A DNA stretch of 64,000 nucleotides. Origin: Trichoplax sp. H2 (Eukaryota). The notes beneath the pieces are model-generated. The model was given only the letters and a program-made list of their open reading frames with translations, did not search any database and had not been told where the DNA came from. Location of the stretch: the NCBI GenBank assembly GCA_003344405.1, contig NOWV01000213.1, forward strand, positions 1 through 64,000, given 5' to 3'. Positions within the stretch are counted from its first letter, which is position 1. The number at the start of each line of letters is the position of its first letter. Both the position numbers and the translations under genes were made by a program. Positions 37,401 to 50,000 of this stretch are shown here, one piece after another.

Positions 37401-40400
37401 ATAGAATGGTTTTCATATGACGGTATCATACAAATTGAACATTGCTATTTTACTGTTCGCTAGTACTGTTAGTATGAATCTTCAATTTTACCGTACATGG
37501 ATTTGCTTACTGTAAATGAAATCTAACCCGCACGATATCTGTAATCTGTTGACTGTAATTAGCAAGGTATCACTTACTACATAGATATTTTGGATATCCG
37601 CGCTTGAATCAACCGATATTTTCCATTACCTAGGATAGCTTAATAAATAGTTGCATGTATATTTCGTAACCCTTACTGTTTCAAAAATGACAAAAGGAAA
37701 GTAAAAGAGAGGTTAACTGTTTTACCTGGCATCTATTATATATTATTGGGCCTAGAGGAGGCGTGAAATGGAAGGATTAAGAGTGCGAATATGCAGCAAA
37801 CCTCCTACACTTGCCCATACATAATACGAGTTGAAAAGTTGTGGGAGGGAAGTAAGGATGGTCAATTATGTCGATGATTCGGGAGAAGGCATCAAGGTCA
37901 AAGTAAAGCTTGCAAGGAATACCGGAAAAGAAAGCAATAAAACACACAAGTAAAGGGAACAACGAAAAGGCACGAGGAGAAAAAGAGACAAGAAAGAGGA
38001 TTTACAACCAAAAATGTTGCAAATCTCCTTAACTAAAACGTTACGAATCAGTTTTATGTAGCGTTTCACAATAAGTTATTCATCTAAAGGTAAACCTAGA
38101 ACCTTGAGATACCAAGAGAGTGCAATTATGCATATACTTATAGTACGTTTATTACTAAAATAAAATTGTTAAACTTAATGCTGCTCATGAAGTATTAGTA
38201 ATTATGAGACGTTAATATCAGCAAGGCTTATACATATAGAGTATGCGTAAGGAAAAGGATTTGCGCATAAGTTGGCTGAAGAGTTAAGAATAAGTTAGTT
38301 ACGTGTAAAGAGTACGCATTGATGTCTACACTCCAGGCCAGCACGTGCAAGTAGGCTGGTGGAACTTTAGCAAGTCGCAAAATACTGTTAATAGTAGTCA
38401 CACGGTATTAAAAGCAATGAATGACACGAATGAAAATATTGGCATTAATCTATTTTACGTAGATTGATTTTTGTCCTTTTATTACGCTTTAGAAGCAATT
38501 CTGCTTAGAAGGAATGATAATTAATTTCTAGTGACTTGAAACTTAAAGCATAGAGAAAAATCCGATGTTAATTACATTATCTTTTCCTTAACTAGATTGC
38601 TTTATACTGATACAAATTATACTATATTCAAATATGACTTTATGTAAGACTTCATGACAGTCTACATTAATTAGGAAAAATACTAACCTTGCACTTCTTA
38701 TGTACTTTGTAACATCTTTGCTCCAGAGCTAAAGTGTAGAACCGACTTTTTTTAACTAATATTAGTGTTTATGCTACAGCTGTAAATCGTTGACTGTACG
38801 TATGATTATATTTTGTTCTATAAGCCATTGTTGATGTATATTTTGGGAGTCAGATTACTTGCCATGTACAATATGTCTGTAACGTATCATCTTGCGTGGT
38901 TGTTAATATTTGAAGCTCAGAAAACAAGATGCCACCATTTTAAATATAATAATTTTAGTCTCATATTACCAGGATTATAATGGCTTCTGTGACCAATCTA
39001 ACATTATGAACTAACATCTAAGAAATACTATAGTACATATCTGATATTACGGCAACAGTACTCATTTGCTCTACATGCCATTAAGTATTAATGACGCATG
39101 ATTCACGAGAGAAATCTTCTACCTCGTGATCAGCTATGCAAGTATTTGCTGAAACTGCAATGAGATATTTTTAGTTTGAGATAGAAACCTAAACTAAAAT
39201 ATGTAGTATTACTAAACCGATTAAAGATGGTATAGTTTGTGTAACAATGTCAGATTTATATGGTATATTAGCTACATATAGACAAAGTTAAATTAGAATT
39301 TTTACTAGCAGACAATCAGTTCGTTTTATATGCAGCAGTATTCAAAAAGAATAATGTAATTATTTTTACAAAGGCTTTCTATGTTCACAATCATAATATT
39401 GATGCTCATTTTGAACGAAAGAATCGTTATTATTCGTCAAGAAAATTACGAGATATTTCAGCTACAACGCAAAAAGCGTAACTTTGTAATCTCCTTTTTA
39501 GATAAATACAAAATAGTTTAGTCAACCCAGTATAATATACGACTATAATTATTTTTAATGCTTAAATAACTAGGCATTTTATTTAAATTAGCTCATATCT
39601 CATAGTCGCAAACTTAACTTGCGAACTTCTACCCTAAATTAATAGATTACTGATTCCTAACTCCACTACACCTTGAGTTCTACTGTGCGGTAGTTCTGTA
39701 CTACTTGCGCTCACACAAGAATAAAACTTTTCTAAAAGTTTAGAATAGTTTTAAAACTTTTAAACTCTTAAACTCTTTATGTTCTGCTAATATATTCGAA
39801 ATTGGCTTAATGTAATAGATGTCACATTTATCATTATCTTATTTTTAAACATACGTTTACCAAATTATAACCCACAAGACGAAAAGTGTCACACAGCTCA
39901 TGATTCTAAATTTAATTATGGTAGCTAGAGTGAAGTCTTTGAACATATAAGTTCTCATAATTACTGATGTAGGTTGTTTACCAAAGTTTGTATTTGAAAT
40001 TTCTTTAAGATTAAAAATATTCACAAATCGGCAGTGAATGCTTAAAATTACTTATTGAGACTTTCTTACCACAGCGTTGTAGCATGTTCTTTCTATATAG
40101 AGATTTTTTAATAAATTTCTTTCTAATTTAGATACTTTTATTCTGAGAATCCAATGGCACCAATGTTGGAAGAATAACGTTATAGATTAAAGAATGCTGT
40201 GGTCGTTACTGTATTGTACTTATATGTTAGCGATAGTTTGATGAATAATTTTGATCAAATTACCAAAATCACGTTCAACGCTTTTATTCATTCGATTATA
40301 AAATTCAGTAAACAGAATCAATAGGGTTCAAGTGTTGATTTTCATAAATTAATTTTTTAAGCAACGATTAAAAATAGTCAAATAGGATAGTATGTCATAC

Positions 40401-41545
40401 ATCAACGTCTATCAAAATGATTGTATGTGCCTAAGCCCATTACTTGTAACCGATTCTATATTTAATAATGAAAACCAGCGACGCTGGGGATACTCCCAAA
40501 ATGTTATGAAAGTACTCATGTGGATTCGGTAGTTTTTTCATATTTTTAAATAGAGTCATAAAAGTTATTTTCACCGAAATTCTAAATTGAGTGTAAACTT
40601 ATGCTTGTAAATAAACATACATATTATTATTAAAGTATGAACTAATTTTGGTAGTGATGATATGATGAAAATTTAGATAAATTTCCTATAAAAGTGGGCC
40701 AATAATTTCAATTTAATCTAAACCGCTTATAAAAACCGCTTATGCTTAATGCATATCAGTGAGCTGGTAAAAGTAACATATAAGTTTCGAACAAGCTATT
40801 ATCATTAAGTAAGAAACGCCATACACTACGCATATCGTTGCTGAAATTCATCAATTACAGTAGCTCAAACTTGTATTGAGATGCCATTAACTGTACTATT
40901 TTTATCGTGGTTGGCTTGAATGAAGGTGGAAACAATATTGAATACCAGAATTGTCTGGCATTCTTATATTAAGATAAACTTACGCAATGAAATAGACATA
41001 CCAGGCAAATTCGTCAAGGAGCTATGATATGCATTCCTACCTTTTTGCCTATCATTGTATACTTGTAAGAAATTAATAAGTCTAAGTCATTGTCTCGTTG
41101 TTTTTTGACTTCATTTAAAATTTCAGTTTCCAAGCTTTTCTTCCAATAGCTAGATAAGATAAAAAATTTTGAAAATCTAGATATTATTTCAAAACGTAAT
41201 GAATTCGTTATTATATGCTAATGAATACGGATGGAAAATATCACCGATCTATGCCAATTGACTATCTATGAATTCTTTAATTAAATTATATTTATGATGT
41301 GCCTAAGCATTAAGATACTTAGATTAAGTATTAGTCTAATTTCGCTGTATCGATTAGTAATTTGGCTAAAATATGACCTATCGTAATTCAGTTTTAAAGT
41401 CTTTACTAGTTATGAAATTTACGGTTTAAACGGATAATAAAAACTGCATGGCATTCAGAAAAATTTACAGTTTTTCGAATAATTCAATGGAAAAAGGCAT
41501 TTATTACCTAAATTTATACAATTCGCTCTGAGTTGATGCTTTGGA

Positions 41546-44500
41546 TTATAAAAGTTCTTCGGCGTCATCAGGCTTTCCGTTTAAGAATATTGTATATTTT
41601 AATGATTTATTTTACTTCAGGTATATTACGTGTAATATAAGAAAAGTTATATTCGGTTTTAGCCTTACCAAAAATAAATAGCAGGACATGGCTTCTTTGA
41701 CGTTATTCTTTTCATCAGACTCGAGAAGAATTATCTGGCAGAGCTCCGGTGGAGGAATTTCACTTACTGTGAATTTACACTTAAACATAATACTGGTCGC
41801 AAAACTAGTATGCCAGTTAAGGAATAAATCTTTCATGCAGGTTGTATTTGAATCGATGGAGTCCTGAACTAAATGACTACTAATAAATTTTACTTTGTAG
41901 TAGCCGCCACGTAGAAATATTTCTTCATTTGCATCATTGATTAACTGATACAATTTAAGTCTAGAATTCTGTTCAGGTCTGGACTGAACTCCTTTCTTGG
42001 TTATACTTATCTTCAAGAACAGAAAGGAGGAAGCTAACTGAATTAATTGAGCTTGAAATTGAATAGGATATTGCAAAGAAAGAGATGGTATAGGCAGATC
42101 GATCTTAATTAATTTTGCTAATGATTGATCAAAAATAGATTGGTCAATCAAGACATTAATATTATCACTTTTAATGTAAAATGTTGAAAGTTGTTCGATG
42201 GAGAAAACAATACAAGGCTGCTCATGTTTGGTTTCAATTCGTTTATAATCCTTAGAATCGAATCTATATCCGCTTCTTTCTATGTTTTGGTCAAGCAGTG
42301 TTACTTCTGGACATTCCTTGGTACCATTCGAATCATAAACTTGCTGCGGTTGTAAAATAGGCAATTTTAATTTAGGTGACTTATCATTGCGGACATTAAT
42401 CAGCAAATCATTCGGCTCTAGTTGAACTACTTGTAGCAGTAATTGGCCAGTTTCGCTTTCATGGTTATGATAACAGAATGTATCGCTGAAATAATATTTG
42501 ACAGTAATAATAGTATCTTCCTTTAAACTATCAGCTGGGATATGGAATTCAAATCCTGGAAGATTACTTAAGGTAATACAGTTGTCTTCCATGGCTTTGC
42601 AGTTTACGCTTTTACGATAGCATTTCATAGTAGCTGAAATTGGAACATCATCGATATATTTTAATAGTTGCACAAATTGAATACTAACTTTTATATTTTT
42701 TAAGTATTTAAAGTAAAAGCTAGAGATATACTAGTAGAATGCATAGAATTTCAGTTACCATTCTGTATGTCATTCTATCATAATATTAACAAATCAGGAT
42801 ACTCAAATTTAATTTGATAACGTCAAAACTAGTTCCAGTTATTACGGAAATTTTGAGAAAATAATCTAAGATAATTCAAGTTTAGGTAAATATTTTATGA
42901 TCATTCTGATTTGTGCTTATGATATCATCGGATCATTTATTAACGGATATGTCATGTACATCCACTTGCCTCTTATTCGATGAGTAATTGCTATCGTTGC
43001 TAGTTGAACTAATTGATGTCCAGTTTTTCTAATTTCTTTTAACGAATTCATTAGTAAACTATCACAAAATAGAGTAAAACTTTTCTTGTTTAAGCATTTT
43101 AGAAAATATGTTAGGTAGAGTTTTCTTTCTTCTTCTATAGAAGTCTCAATTGATATAGATTGATTTAAATCATAGATTTGCTTGGTAAATGAATTCCATA
43201 ATGCAGCAGGAACAAATTTATTCCAATTATCGTCAATACTAACTACATCAATGATTTGATCGATATCACTGTGTGTCGGGGATAGCTCCCAAATATTGTC
43301 TAAGTCGTGTTGTTACAATAAAAAAATAAGAAAATTAGATAAAATTAAAGCTTAAAATTACTACTCTACCAGTGATTCATGGAAATGCTTGTTAGTTTAC
43401 CTCATTTGTTGATATATACTGTTATAATTAAATGCAGATGAAAAAAGCTAGGAATTATTGTAATTCTGCATATTGAAAGTTTAGTGGAATATCGAAAAAA
43501 CTGCTTCTGTTAATTATTGATAATATTTATCGTTTTAATTACTGTATTATTTGCTGATCAGTTATAGGGCTTAAAAATTTTATTTATGAGGTACTTCTGT
43601 TCAAAAATGACAATATGAAGATATCTCCTTACAACTATATTCGATTGCATACTCAAGCTTTAGTCTGTACACATGATCATTAGTTTAGCTGGCGATCTTT
43701 TCCTTTTAAATGTTTACTTTAATCAATCAAGGCACATCTTAACTTCTAGTACATTAACAAACTGCCAATTAAAATCCTATTGCACGATTCTTTAATTCAA
43801 AATTACGTTAACCTTTTCAGTGATGTCATTTAAAGGACGTTACACTTAGATATAACAGTAATTCAAAGAAAAACTCTTAAATTTTAATTTATAGCATACC
43901 CTTGACATTTACTTTGTTCCCTAGATTCCAATCGTCTAGAGCTTTAAAACTCATGGGAGAGTAACATTCTTGGCATTTGATTTGTTGATGACCAAGACGT
44001 TGATGAACGTCGGTTATACCATTTAATCGCTGACATAGATCGCATTTAAGGTAAAATTGACCACGAATATTTTCTAATTTTGGCATTTTCTTATTTGTAA
44101 TTGATATCAATTCCTCTAGCAAGACTGAATGTGGACTAAACTTATCAATAAAATTTTTAACATTATGAACTAATGTATTTTTTGATGTAGAATTATCCAA
44201 TATTTCATATTGATATTGCATTGCTACGGTGGATTTTTCTTTTTTGACTACAATGCAATATTGATTATTTAAAAAAAAATATTTAGCATAACGATGGAAG
44301 AACTGGACTAATGGACTTCCCCATTCTTTGAGACATGATGATATAAGATCTCGAAAAAGATTATCTGGAATATAAGGCACTTGATCTTGTACATTATATC
44401 CTACATGAAGCCAGTCTGATTTTTCGTAGGATTTTATTGTATCAGGTTCCTCTTCAACATATTGAGGTAGTACGTAAGGAATAAAATAGCCACGATTGTC

Positions 44501-47029
44501 TTGATATTGCTTAGCGGAATCACTGATTTCGGATATAATGCCATAAATTTTTAAGACATCAATGATCATTTTTCTCTCCATATCATCGAAGTTAAAATGG
44601 CTAGCAAGGCTATTTAACCATTCGCAGTTTATTTTTTTCAAATAATTTATTTGGCCTAATTCGTCATGAAATTCCATGTCCTTATATCGCTGTGGATACC
44701 ATTTTGAAGCATGACCAGCTATGTTTACAAGCCACTGAAGATCAGTAACAATAATTCCTTCATTTTGACAATATAGAATGTCGCCAGCATCATTTAAATA
44801 GGATAACATATTAAGAAAGAAATTTTCATCTTCATATAATCCAATATCTCGCGATAGTTGGCGTATATCATCCACTTTCATTATTTTATGAATTGAATAA
44901 CCCATTATATTATCAAAAAGATTTATTGATAATTCTTGGTTGTGATGCTTCTGAACAGCTTCGTGTAATATTTGCCCCATGAAGAGCCATTTTGCCGGTA
45001 TGTTTTCCTGAGAAAGTGGTAGAGACTGTAGAAACTGTCTTATCATAGCCATTAGTTCATTTCTACACTGTCGGCGATTATCAATGATATCCAAATGATT
45101 ATCTTGAAGATTGGAATTGAAAATAATTTTTGAAGAGACTACATGACTTTTTAAGAAAGGTAAGGATTTTAATAAGCCTTGAGTTAATTGCTCAAATTGA
45201 CAAGTTTGTTCTTCATGGATTTTGCCTTGGTGTAAACCGACCAAAATTATAATTGGTAACGAATATTCTTGAGTTTGCTCGTTCATAGTTATGCTGAGCC
45301 GGTTTTGAGAGATATCTTTACCAATTATGGTAACCAGCCATTCCTTGAAAGTTTCTAGATATGAGATTCTTTCTGATGAATAATGCCAATTTTGCAAAGT
45401 CTCATTTATTGCATCAGTCATATTTAAGGGAATAATATATAAGTTGCTTTTAGGAATGAACGGATAGTAGGCAATAGAATGGGCCATAGAGATATTATTA
45501 CTACAAAATTTGATAGCCTGAGAAGGTTTATTTGCAGTATTATTATTCCAAGTGAAGTATGATTGAAGAGACTCATTGAGTTGTGAATTTTGCCTATAAA
45601 GGCGAATTAATTTTTCGAATGGTGTTATAAAATTAGAGAATGAGTCATTAATTTTGGGCGTAGTTATTGTTTCGGTACTTTGATAATTTCTATTTACTTG
45701 TCCGTATTCTTCCTCCTTAGTAACGTTTGTTCGTGATTTTGAGAAAGTATTTCCATTACTTTCCTCACCACAGCACGTATTTTTAGCAAATTTTGTAACT
45801 AAAATATTCTTTAGCAAGGTGTATGTCACGAAGGTAAAAAGAAATACTTGATCATCGTTCAATTTACATGCAACATCATCCGTAAAGCTAATTCCCGTAT
45901 GTGCAGCACCAGTTAGTTGCTTTTCAATTCTATATGCAGAAATATTAAGCAATTCTATCAAAGATTGCGTACAAATACTTGTATATCTAGCACTCATAAC
46001 ACTAATTCTATTCAGATTATTGTAAAATTTAGCATTGCCCAAAGCCCTGATGCAAGCTTTCAAAAATTCCTTGTTGCCTGTAGGTGATATGAATAAAACG
46101 AAATTGAGCTAATATACGAAAAGATAATTAAAGATTTACTGTATTGACAGATTATTTATGATCAATAATTAAAATTATTATTACAAGTCCAAACGTACGC
46201 AATTTGATTTTTTTATTCACTCTAATCGCAAAATAGAATACGTTCTAACACCACTAAAAGAATCTTACCGACAAGACAATCTGATAAAATAGTTTTTTGA
46301 TTCGATGATAACAAATCGTTAGAAGTATCTTCAAATAGAAAGGATGTCACTAACGTATAATATATTTATTATAACACCAATTAAAAACAACAGCTAAAAA
46401 TCTCTCTTTCTTAGATTAAAACTGAAATGAACTCAGCTTTATTGATAAAAAACGTTCTTTGTGCTGGTTAAATTATATGAGGTTAAAATATTGCACTTGG
46501 GTTTACGCATTAAACTTATAGATTGGCTTGGAGTTACTTACAATGTATACTTTGGCAGTTTTTTCCATTTAATTGACATTTTTGATTCAAGCCTCCTAAT
46601 GAAAAATTAATTGAATTCTGTTAATTGGTATAAATATTAGTGATTTCTACTCATCCTTAAAATAAATTAATGCTGGCCGTTATTACCAGATAACCTTGCT
46701 GTTTCGTCTTGCCTATTCAAGCAAAAAGCGATATGTTTCCCGGAGTTTATTTTTCTGGCTATTTGTTCTGCTTTCAAACAGCAGAAGCAAGCATGATGAT
46801 ATTTCTTCTGCTTGATATAGATGTTGATTAAGATTAGAAACAGATCACAATAAAAATGATCATCGTACGGAGTTTCATTAGTTAAAATCTTGACGGCATC
46901 GACTAGCTTTTCGATTTCAGGCAAGATTTCAATCGGTTGATCAATATCTTGATTGTAACTTTGATTTACAGATAAGATGAGGGAATTAATCTCATCTGTT
47001 ATTAAAGATTTCGTTGATTTATTACCCAT
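41546..47029 (-). CDS. Cluster gene B: TPR cap + degenerate ROC-COR (Roco) + death-fold-like + ZU5/UPA protein, ~1325 aa
   Basis: Phase-consistent model 47029-46687 (MGNKSTKS..., TPR-like), 46349-46269, 46077-43900, 43299-42970, 42687-41669 and 41572-41546 (PDDAEELL*, tentative). The 46077-43900 exon carries ROC/COR motifs (PIIILVGLH, IPAKWL, LSYLNDAGDILY, IVTDLQWLV, YFIPYVLP). The 43299-42970 exon is helical and death-fold-like with a GC donor. The 42687-41669 exon has ZU5 features (FEFHIPADSL, QVVQLEP). Confidence 0.7.
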
Positions 47030-50000
47030 AGCTAAGCGAATAACACCTAAAAGTTTATTTTCCTTTTATAGTAAATCATTCCTTATTTAATATAGCACCG
47101 AATGGACTCAGAATAGCCCAATTGAAGCTTAAGATGGAACGTGAAAACAAATCAGAGCTGTAACTAGGCTAAAAATTTCGGTCATCAATGCTATTATTGA
47201 TTATTGGGAGAAATTTCCAGATGTATTTATTCATAAAAGAGTACAACGATAGATTCTAGAATAATAAATATATACATCGTAATGGATTACACATTACGCA
47301 AAGATGTAATAAATAGAATAGCTATATAAGAAATCAAATAGACATTGCCGCTGTGTCTTTCTTAGAATAATAGACTTTATTAATGGCTTTTTTTCTTTCT
47401 TTGTATTATTTGATGCAAACAACAAAAATTAAACTTTAGGCGTGTAGTTACAAATCAAAACAATACGGGTAATTTAGAAAATTTAATAGTAATCTACTCT
47501 TAATTTCCTACCTAGATCAATACTATAGTCATTTACTATTATGTTAGTTACAGGGAGAGCTACCTGTTGCTTTTCATTCAACTTGCAACAATCTGCTTAC
47601 AATCTTGGAATAAGAGTTTTCTTTAAGCCTATATCTTCGGGCAAGTGAATTATGTCATTGTTATGAGGATAACTATTTTTAATCACGCTGAAGTAATATA
47701 AAAAGAAACTCTTGTGATTTGAGTTTAACTCTAGCTGTAGTCTATTGCTTTGCTATATTATGATATTTCGAAACTGTTTCTAGTCGTTACGACAATGATT
47801 TATATGAATCCGTTAGTACATAAATAAAATTTAGTTTTTATCTTTGAGTAACTGCAAAACGCTGCTCAATTCATCATAAAACTAAGTATTAATTCTTCTA
47901 ATACTTTGTTGTTGGCTACTTTGGATCGAGTTAAGATGATAGACTCATACTTTAAACATCTAAAAATAATAATCGTATAGGCATCTTCCCATTAAATCTC
48001 GTTTTGATTACGTCATCATTTCATCATATTATGAATCATTTATTGATGACTATGCACAAATTGTAAAGACGATAATTAATTTAGTTAATAAGCCTTAACT
48101 GTGGCTTATGTATTCGAATTTTCCAACTTCAGGTAATATGAAGCAATATTACAATATAATATCGATTCTCGGGATGGAATGACCCTGCCAGATGTAATAT
48201 TTCTGTAGTTTATTTTGGTGATTAAAATATAAGATTTTATACGAAGTTATGCCAGGGCGAGATGATTATGAATAAGGACTACGGTATTACATAGATAAGA
48301 TGCTAATATATCGAAGAATATGAACTAAGAAGATAATTCCACTACGTCACCAAAAATTTATAACTGAGAATGAAGCAGGATGACGTATGCATGGCAATAT
48401 GCAATGATGCAACCCATGTTTGATTGGATAGATAGCCATATTCAGAAAAGTTAAATTCCTTAATCATAGATATTATCGAGATTCTAGTATTGAATGATAG
48501 CTAATTAATTGCTATATTAGAAATTATTTATTTTAATATTAGCCAGTTAGCTAAGTCGATGAATAAACCTAAGTGACTTCATGTACGATGAAGATACCCT
48601 TACGCTTTCCGTGTTAAATACCGGTTTAAGATTGATGATTTGAAGCAACTTAAATCATACCAGTAAATTATATTAATTACCTATTTGAGAAAAAGTCTTT
48701 TGATTGATGACTCAAGTCAATAATAGGCAATCATCTACCTGTAAATCGATTAAACGAAAAGCGACCAAGAATAACACAGATGAGCTTCCATTAGAATTCG
48801 CTTTTTTGCGTTTATGATACTTTAGAGTAGATTTTTATTAATTATTGACGGTTGCTGCGTTCTTCTTTAACTCAATAATAGCAGTCATTTTTAAATTCTA
48901 TCTTGAGGAAGATAACGGTTAAGAAAGTTGACTTCCAAAATTCTCCTTCAAGTTTTTGTATTGTAACTATTCTAACTTAGGTTTTTTTATCGTGATAAGA
49001 ATTCTAGCTTTAAATACATGACTTATTTGGCTGATTATAACGGTACATCTACTTAATATCTAAACATATTGTAAACCCAACTGCTTTGTTCGGGTTAGAA
49101 TTTAAAATAATTAATCAGTAGTACAATATTCGTTAAGAATCAGATATAGTGATCTTGTAATTTAATAGATGTCTTTAGTTAATAGAATATGTATGGCTAC
49201 TTTGATCATTAATTGCAGAGAAGTTAATGTTACTTTGTAATTTCATTCAGTATGAACCCAAACCATTGATCTGGGTTCTAATTTCACTTTGTTATTTTGT
49301 CTTAATGTATACTGTAGCAATATACAGTTCCAAGCTAAACTGTATTTATATTAACTAAATATCTTTCGGGAATCTAGGGTATAATTTAACTTATTTTGTG
49401 AATTTGATTGCTAGCTTAATTTGGAGTACCTAAGAATGATAGATGGATGCTCTAACACCACCAACAAGTCTGCGTAACATATAGTAGATGGCATAATTCG
49501 ATAGTTTAATGAAATCTTAGAAAGAGAAGATAAGAAAAAAATCTAGGATAATCATGAATTATCTTATTAATTGATAGCTTGCTTGATTGGGCCCATATTT
49601 GTATTGCTCTTACAAAAATTTTAGTTAAAAATTATAATAATCTGGTATCTTTCTCTAATGTATTTTGTTTTGAACCTCAAGTGTCGGTAGCTTAACTTAG
49701 TTCTTCTCGTCTAATATCACTATTGTTTTGTAAAAATTAGATTCAAGATAACTTAGAATAGCTCTGAAATACTTTTATCTTACGGTAATACTAATGAAAC
49801 TTGCATAACTAGAAATTATGATCACCACGATAGTCTATCAGACTTTCTTTAGAACTTTGAAAATTTTTAGTTGACGAAGTTGAATTGCAACTATTTTGTC
49901 AGGTACACCAGTTATAAAACTAAAGTTTAACCGAATCTGCAATATTCATAACTTGTAATAATACGGATAAAACACTCCTTTATAATATCTGAATACTTGC

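Noticed and set aside
37777..38069. Two short minus-strand ORFs in a slightly GC-richer patch
   Set aside because: No motifs and no link to neighbouring gene models.
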